In this document: one piece after another, positions 58,808 to 64,000 of the stretch
Position numbering within the stretch: the stretch's first letter is position 1
How the letters are laid out: each line of letters begins with the position of its first letter
Origin: Bacillota bacterium
Lineage (GTDB): Bacteria; Bacillota; Clostridia; Christensenellales; CAG-138
DNA: 64,000 nt
Direction of reading: 5' to 3'
Assembly: GCA_023459335.1 (NCBI GenBank)
Contig: JAEWUO010000005.1
Coordinates: 11,168-75,167, forward strand
Translations under genes and position numbers: made by a program
Notes under the pieces: model-generated
Told to the model about the DNA's origin: nothing
Seen by the model: only the letters and a program-made list of their open reading frames with translations
The model's database searches: none

Positions 58808-59551
58808 TCAGGTGAGGATGATCTGCACCCCGCTGCTCTCGAGCGCGGCGCGGCTGCTGTCCGGTAACGCGTTCGTGATCACATGCGTCACCCTGCTTGT
58901 CGGCATAAGCTGCACCACGCCGCGCCGGTTAAACTTGGAATCGTCCGTGAGGATGATGCGCTTTTCCGCGCGCGCCGCCATGGCTCGGACGGCTTCCGCG
59001 CGCAGCATGTCTACGTTGGAAAAGCCCTGAACCGGGTCGTATCCGTCGGTGCCGATGAAGAATTTATCGACGAAGAACTCCTCGGCGCACTTGCCCACGA
59101 GCGGCCCGCTCATCACCTGCGCGTCGGGGTCGTACGCCCCGCCGAGCAGCACTACGCGGGCGCCCGGGATGGCGCGCACATATCCCGCGATAAACGCGGA
59201 GTTGGTGATGATGGTCACGTCCCGCTTTTTACGGACAAGCTCCTCCGCGAGCATCGCGCAGGTGGAGCCGGACTCGATCATGACCGCTTCCCCGCTCTGC
59301 ACCATGTCCGCCGCGCGGCGGGCGATGCGCCGCTTGACCTCGTAATCGAACGTCATGCGGTAACCGACGTCGTTTGGAGAAACGCGCATGGCGTAGCCGT
59401 GCTGCCGGTGCAGCAGCCCTTTGTTTTCCAGAACGGCGAGGTCTTTTCTCACCGTAACGGCCGAAACGGAGAGCCGGGACGCGAGGTCGTTGACATCCAG
59501 CGTTTCCTCGCGGTTGAGCATGTCCAGTATGGTAAGGCAGCGTTGATTCAT
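58808..59551 (-). CDS. DeoR-family transcriptional regulator
   Basis: HTH (LDVNDLASRLSVSAVTVRKDLAVLENKGLL) plus a DeoR C-terminal sugar-phosphate sensor domain. Start refined to the ATG with a GGGAG RBS; the tracked ORF starts 9 codons earlier. Confidence 0.88.
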   Translation of the reverse strand: MNQRCLTILDMLNREETLDVNDLASRLSVSAVTVRKDLAVLENKGLLHRQHGYAMRVSPNDVGYRMTFDYEVKRRIARRAADMVQSGEAVMIESGSTCAMLAEELVRKKRDVTIITNSAFIAGYVRAIPGARVVLLGGAYDPDAQVMSGPLVGKCAEEFFVDKFFIGTDGYDPVQGFSNVDMLRAEAVRAMAARAEKRIILTDDSKFNRRGVVQLMPTSRVTHVITNALPDSSRAALESSGVQIILT

Positions 59552-59689
59552 ATCCGTACTCCCGTAGTTCAATTTCATATCATAGTTATAGACCGATCAT
59601 TCGAAACCGGATTGCCACCCTATTATAACAGTCCGGATCATATTTTTCCAGCGGACGCGAAAGCCGGCGGACGCATATAATATCTGCCC

Positions 59690-59773
59690 CCGTTCTGGCA
59701 ACGATATCATCCTTCCTTGTTTTTTAACAACGAATTCACAGCGCCTGTTCCGTTCTGGCGATGATATCGTCCT
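59690..59773. repeat. 24-nt direct repeat (21/24 identical): the GRE2 3' coding end and a copy 60 nt downstream of it
   Basis: CCGTTCTGGCGATGATATCGTCCT (59750-59773, inside GRE2) versus CCGTTCTGGCAACGATATCATCCT (59690-59713, intergenic). Confidence 0.75.
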
Positions 59774-62171
59774 GCGTTTGGCGCGAAAGAACGTTGAAAA
59801 ACGCCGAATATCCCGCCACGCGCACGATCAGATCCCTGTGGTTTTCCGGATGGGCCTGCGCGTCGAGCAGCGTTTCTCTGGAAACCACGTTGTACTGCAC
59901 ATGGAATCCTTTCAGCACGTTGAAAAACGTTCGTAACAGCATCATCAGCTTCTGTCTGTCGCGCGGGTTTTCCAGCATGCTCGGCGCAACCTTCTGATTC
60001 AGCAGCACGCCGCCGGTGATCTTGTCCGTCGGGAGCTTGCTGACGCTCTTGAACACGCTGGTCGGGCCGTTGACGTCCGCCGCGTGCGCAGGCGAGCAGC
60101 CCTCGGCGAGCGGGTCTCCCCTGTGCCGCCCGTCGGGCGTCGCGCAGGTACCCGCGCCCTGCGGCACGTTGGCGGAGATCGAGCTGGTGCCCGCGTAGTA
60201 ACGTCCGCCGATGGGGCCGCGTCCGTAGCGGGTGTTTTTATACTTCTTGAGCTCGTCGATGTAGCTGTCGTAGCCCTGAACGACGAGGTTGTCCACATAA
60301 TCGTCGTCGTTGCCGTATTTTGGCGCGGCGAGCAGGAGCGTGCGGATCTCCTCCCCGCGTTCGCCCGAAAAGTCGGTCAGGAGCGCATTCCAGAGTTCCT
60401 CGCGCGTAACGCTCTTGTCTTCGTAGACGGTCTTTTTGATCGCGGCCAGCGAGTCGCCGAGGTTCGCGATGCCAACCTGCAGATCGCTGATGAAGTCGTA
60501 AACCGCGCCGCCTTCCTTGAGATGCTTGCCGCGGGCGATGCAGTCCTCCGTCAGCGCCGAGCAGAGAATGTCCGGCACTTCCTGCTCCAGCACGAGGTCC
60601 GCACTGGAGTCGAGGATGACCGCCTGACGGCAGAATTCGCGCACGAACACGTCCCAGGCGCGCATCACGTCGTCGAACGACCGCATATCGAGAAAATGCC
60701 CGCATCCCTCGTACACGCGTTTCCCGCTGTCGATATCCACGCCGTCGTTGAGTGCGATCATCAGCGTTTTCGGAAAATTCAGGAAGCTCATACCCGTGCA
60801 GCGGTATCCCCACTTGCCGGGGACGGCGACTTCCACGCAGCCGATGGCGCTGTAGTTATACGCATCCTCTTTTTTTACCCCGATATCGAGGAAGGAAGGA
60901 ATGATGATCTCGTCGCTGTTGAAGGCCGGCATGCCGAACCCGCAGCGGATCACCTGAATGCACTCCCGCATAAAATGCTCGCTGAGGCCTTTGTGGTAGC
61001 GGACCGTGAGGTTCGGCTGCGGCAGATGGCAGCGCGCGACCGTGCGCAGGATCATATAGCTTAGTTCGTTCACCGCGTCGCGGCCGTCCGCGGTCTGTCC
61101 GCCGACGGTGACGTTCTGATACAGCGGGCTGCCGGCCGAGAATCGCGTGTGCGACCAGCTGCGGATTTTATTGACCGTAAACGTGCGGAGCCAGAGGTTT
61201 TCGAGCAGTTCGCAGGCCCGCTCCTCGCTCATGCCCTCTTTGCGGCTCTTCCCATAATACGGAAACACATACTGATCCAGGCGCCCGTAGGAGAGCGAAT
61301 GGCCGTTGCTTTCAATCTGGAGGATCACGTGCAGGAGCCAGACGCTCTGCAGCGCCTCATGGAATGTCTCCGCAGGCTGCATCGGCACTTTTTTCAGGAT
61401 GCGGGCCAGTTCGAGCAGTTCCCGCGCGCGTTCCGGCGCGGACGACATCGCCTGCTCCTCCGCCAGCGCGGCATACCGCAGGGCAAACGTCTCCACCGCG
61501 TCCATCACAATCAGGATCGCGCGGTAAAAATAGCTCTTTTTCAAGTCGTCGAATCGGGTCAGGTCGAGGCCGTTCTGCTGCTCCAGTACGCGCAAGCGGT
61601 AGCTGTTGAGCCCTTCGCGCAGCACGCGTCCGTAATCGACGGCGATGTGCGCGTCTCCGGAGGTGATGTTTCCCTCGGTCTTGATGATGCCGAGGTCGTA
61701 AAAGAGCCGCGCACGTTCCGGAAACGCCGCATAGCCCTTGTCCTGCAGGGTGCGGCCTTTCCAATACGGATAGATCCCACGCAGCGCCTGCTTGTTTTCT
61801 TCCGTGATGGTGAAGCGGTCTCCGTCGCGTTTGTCGAACGCGTCCAGCTCGCCGATCACCCAGTCCATCGCGTATTCGGGAAAGATCGGCGCACTGCGGT
61901 CGCTCGACGCCTGGTTTCCGGCGAGCAGCGCATCCGGGTCGATATAGATGCTCATATGCCGCAGCACATTGTCCAGCATATACGCGCGGCGCAGCACCAC
62001 CTGATCCTGCTCGTGCGCACGGTAACTTTGGGTGGTGAGCAAGGCGCGCTCCACATCCACCGTCGGCTGCGTATCCAGCAGGCGCGCGCGAATACGTGCG
62101 GTGCGCTCATTCAGCGGGCCGAAGTATTCTTTGGGATTGCCATATTCTTTTTCGTTTTGCAACGCTTCCAT
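59736..62171 (-). CDS. Glycyl radical enzyme 2 (PFL2/eliminase class, YbiW-like)
   Basis: Gly-radical loop RVAGYSAFF (Gly at 59811-59813). Cys loop GCVEV (Cys at 60837-60839). Start refined to MEALQNEKE (GGGGAG RBS), with alternative ATGs at 62180 and 62195. Confidence 0.92.
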   Translation of the reverse strand: MEALQNEKEYGNPKEYFGPLNERTARIRARLLDTQPTVDVERALLTTQSYRAHEQDQVVLRRAYMLDNVLRHMSIYIDPDALLAGNQASSDRSAPIFPEYAMDWVIGELDAFDKRDGDRFTITEENKQALRGIYPYWKGRTLQDKGYAAFPERARLFYDLGIIKTEGNITSGDAHIAVDYGRVLREGLNSYRLRVLEQQNGLDLTRFDDLKKSYFYRAILIVMDAVETFALRYAALAEEQAMSSAPERARELLELARILKKVPMQPAETFHEALQSVWLLHVILQIESNGHSLSYGRLDQYVFPYYGKSRKEGMSEERACELLENLWLRTFTVNKIRSWSHTRFSAGSPLYQNVTVGGQTADGRDAVNELSYMILRTVARCHLPQPNLTVRYHKGLSEHFMRECIQVIRCGFGMPAFNSDEIIIPSFLDIGVKKEDAYNYSAIGCVEVAVPGKWGYRCTGMSFLNFPKTLMIALNDGVDIDSGKRVYEGCGHFLDMRSFDDVMRAWDVFVREFCRQAVILDSSADLVLEQEVPDILCSALTEDCIARGKHLKEGGAVYDFISDLQVGIANLGDSLAAIKKTVYEDKSVTREELWNALLTDFSGERGEEIRTLLLAAPKYGNDDDYVDNLVVQGYDSYIDELKKYKNTRYGRGPIGGRYYAGTSSISANVPQGAGTCATPDGRHRGDPLAEGCSPAHAADVNGPTSVFKSVSKLPTDKITGGVLLNQKVAPSMLENPRDRQKLMMLLRTFFNVLKGFHVQYNVVSRETLLDAQAHPENHRDLIVRVAGYSAFFNVLSRQTQDDIIARTEQAL

Positions 62172-62176
62172 TTTTC

Positions 62177-63118
62177 TCATTCTCCCCGGACACATTCCGC
62201 CGCCCCGATGAGGCCGATGTCCCCTCCGAGCTCCGCCAGGCGAAACTCGACCGGCAGCGGAATGTGGTTATACTTGTCGAACTCCGCTTTCACGCGGTCG
62301 AACAATGCGTCCCCGAAATTGGTGAGCCCGCCGCCGAAGACAAAGCGGTTGATGTTAAGCATCTGGTAGATGTTGAACGCGCATACGGCAAGATAATGCG
62401 CGGTGGTTTCGATCACTTCGAGCGCGAGCGGGTCTCCCTTGCGGTATGCATCCAGCACGTGTTCCCCGTCCGCCGTCTCCGGCGTGAGGATCGTGTTGGC
62501 GCAGTAGGTCATCTGCCCGCGCACACGCGCACTGATGCTGCGCCCTGAAGCGTAGCTCATGAAGCATCCGCGGTTCTCACAGCCGCACAGAAGCCCCTCG
62601 TCCGGCGTTGCCAGCATATGCCCGCACTCGCCGGCCCAGCCGTAGCTGCCGCGAAAAAGCCTGCCGTCGATGATGATGCCGCTGCCGAGGCCCGTTCCCG
62701 CCGTGATATACACAAGGTGCCGGACGCCTCTGCCCGCGCCGTGCCGGTATTCGGCGAGCGCCGCGGCGTTGCTGTCGTTATCCAGTACGACGCGTGTTTT
62801 CAGCCGTTTTTCCAGATAGTCCCGCATCGGAAACTGTTTGATCCCCGGCATGGCGGATGTCATGAGCACGACCCCGTCGTCAAAGAGGATGAACGAGGGC
62901 ATGCAGATGCCGATTCCGTCGAGATCCTTATCTTTCATGCCGTTGCGATCCAGCATCGCGCGAACCTGTTCCGCGATCGTATCGGAAAACGACTCCCCGG
63001 TTGCGCAGACGTCCGTCGCGTGCTGCGCGCGGTCCACGCGCTCTCCCGCCGGGTTATAGAGTCCGTAGGCGACCTTTGTGCCGCCGGCGTCGATTCCGAT
63101 CACGTATCCGTCCGTCAT
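62177..63118 (-). CDS. ROK-family sugar kinase
   Basis: GIDAGGTKVAY phosphate-1 motif and the canonical ROK zinc motif GHM...CGCENRGCF. Start refined to MTDGYVIG. Confidence 0.9.
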   Translation of the reverse strand: MTDGYVIGIDAGGTKVAYGLYNPAGERVDRAQHATDVCATGESFSDTIAEQVRAMLDRNGMKDKDLDGIGICMPSFILFDDGVVLMTSAMPGIKQFPMRDYLEKRLKTRVVLDNDSNAAALAEYRHGAGRGVRHLVYITAGTGLGSGIIIDGRLFRGSYGWAGECGHMLATPDEGLLCGCENRGCFMSYASGRSISARVRGQMTYCANTILTPETADGEHVLDAYRKGDPLALEVIETTAHYLAVCAFNIYQMLNINRFVFGGGLTNFGDALFDRVKAEFDKYNHIPLPVEFRLAELGGDIGLIGAAECVRGE

Positions 63119-63171
63119 ACCGTCCTGATTCCTCTCTGAACATACCAATTTCGAGTATTTGAAACAAATTC

Positions 63172-63222
63172 AGTATATTTCGGTAAAACTGCATTGTCAA
63201 GGAATTATGTTACTATTATAAT
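63172..63222. promoter_or_regulatory. Back-to-back divergent promoters with overlapping -35 boxes
   Basis: Plus strand reads TTGTCA (63194-63199)-N17-TATAAT (63217-63222). Minus strand reads TTGACA (63195-63200)-N17-TATACT (63172-63177). Confidence 0.6.
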
Positions 63223-63330
63223 AATATTACTTTCATATGTAAGTTTCGTGATCGGATTGCAAACCCGCCGCCGTTGCGCTATGATGAATGCGCACGCTTT
63301 AACGAGCATGCAAGGAGGTAACTACCCGTT

Positions 63331-64000
63331 ATGAAACGTTCCGAAATCAACCGCGCGATCCGTCGTATGGAGGCGTTCGCACAAAAACACGGCTTTCCGC
63401 TGCCGCCGTTCTGCGGCTGGACGCCGGAGGAGTGGCAGGCAAAAAACCGCGAATACGACGAAATCCGGGACAATATGCTCGGCTGGGATGTGACCGATTA
63501 CGGCGCGGGCGATTTTTCCAGGATGGGCTTTTCTTTGATCACCATCCGGAACGGTAACTTCGCCAAGCGGGAAACCTATCCGAAGCCGTATGCCGAGAAG
63601 CTGTTGTATATCGAAGAGGGACAGTATTCGCCGATGCATTTTCATTGGAGCAAGATGGAGGACATCATCAACCGCGGCGGCGGAACCGTGCTCATCAAGG
63701 TCTACAACGCCGCGGCGGACGAAAGTCTCGCTTCCACCGATGTTACCCTGCATTGCGACGGCCGGTCGTTTGCCGTGCCCGCGGGCACGCAAATCCGCCT
63801 CGCGCCAGGTGAAAGCATCTCGATTCAGCCATACTTGTATCACGACTTCAACGTCGAGGCCGGTTCCGGCCCCGTGCTGCTCGGCGAAGTGAGCATGTGC
63901 AACGACGACGTGCACGACAACCGCTTCCTCGAACCGCTCGGACGTTTCTCCACCAATGAGGAGGACGAACCCGCATACCGGCTGCTCTGCAACGAATATC
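63331..64000 (+). CDS. D-lyxose/D-mannose ketol-isomerase (cupin), truncated by the window end
   Basis: Not in the ORF track because it has no stop in the window. Hand translation gives MKRSEINRAIRRMEAFAQKHGFPLPPF...YAEKLLYIEEGQYSPMHFHWSKMEDIINRGGG...GESISIQPYLYHDF...GEVSMCNDDVHDNRFLEP...LLCNEY, matching the YdaE/D-lyxose isomerase family. AAGGAGG RBS. Confidence 0.88.
   Translation, partial: MKRSEINRAIRRMEAFAQKHGFPLPPFCGWTPEEWQAKNREYDEIRDNMLGWDVTDYGAGDFSRMGFSLITIRNGNFAKRETYPKPYAEKLLYIEEGQYSPMHFHWSKMEDIINRGGGTVLIKVYNAAADESLASTDVTLHCDGRSFAVPAGTQIRLAPGESISIQPYLYHDFNVEAGSGPVLLGEVSMCNDDVHDNRFLEPLGRFSTNEEDEPAYRLLCNEY

Noticed and set aside
55467-62171. Annotating the two GREs as pyruvate formate-lyases
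   Set aside because: Both have a single Cys followed by Val-Glu (GCVE) instead of the adjacent Cys-Cys pair of PflB-type formate-lyases. The genomic context is sugar catabolism.

Overview
GC-rich (by eye about 60%, not computed) chromosomal segment with Firmicutes/Clostridia-type gene organisation. Most real genes are on the minus strand. Most long ORFs on the opposite strand of recognised genes are GC-driven shadow ORFs.

Contents in order:
1. S10/spc ribosomal-protein cluster, rpsJ to rplE plus the first codons of S14 (1-6838), with a long leader and two candidate promoters.
2. ArsR-type repressor plus P1B heavy-metal ATPase, an orphan GntR regulator and an XRE regulator.
3. GH4 glycosidase with a BadF-type kinase, and a uridine-kinase-like protein.
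4. A J-domain/DUF5685 pair, a DUF1858 protein, a zinc-ribbon membrane protein, a GH13 amylase-family enzyme and a hexapeptide-repeat protein.
5. The conserved yybS-gdpP-rplI-dnaB block.
6. A cell-envelope cluster: GH3 NagZ-like, PepF, LCP, a PBP-like lipoprotein, an L,D-transpeptidase, an NlpC/P60 protein with PG-binding repeats, and MreB.
7. Sir2 deacetylase, MtaD-like deaminase, GNAT, an SDR epimerase and a Cys-rich hypothetical protein.
8. A c-di-GMP module (GGDEF, DUF5317-like, HD-GYP) next to a 25-codon hydrophobic ORF enclosed by a perfect 16-bp inverted repeat.
9. A roughly 17-kb minus-strand locus (about 46.2-63.1 kb). It encodes a flavodoxin-ferredoxin fusion, a CUT2-type sugar ABC importer, an atypical AroE-like dehydrogenase, two ROK-type kinases, one glycyl-radical activase, two glycyl-radical enzymes (PflD-like and YbiW-like, both with eliminase-type GCVE Cys loops), and AraC and DeoR regulators. 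A D-lyxose/D-mannose isomerase gene is divergently transcribed from it.

The locus in item 9 is my best candidate for an under-described system: a radical sugar or anhydro-sugar-phosphate catabolic route fed by ABC import and kinases. I recognised no rRNA, tRNA, CRISPR array, transposase or integrase. CDS starts marked as refined were chosen by hand from RBS and N-terminal conservation and are less certain than the stops.
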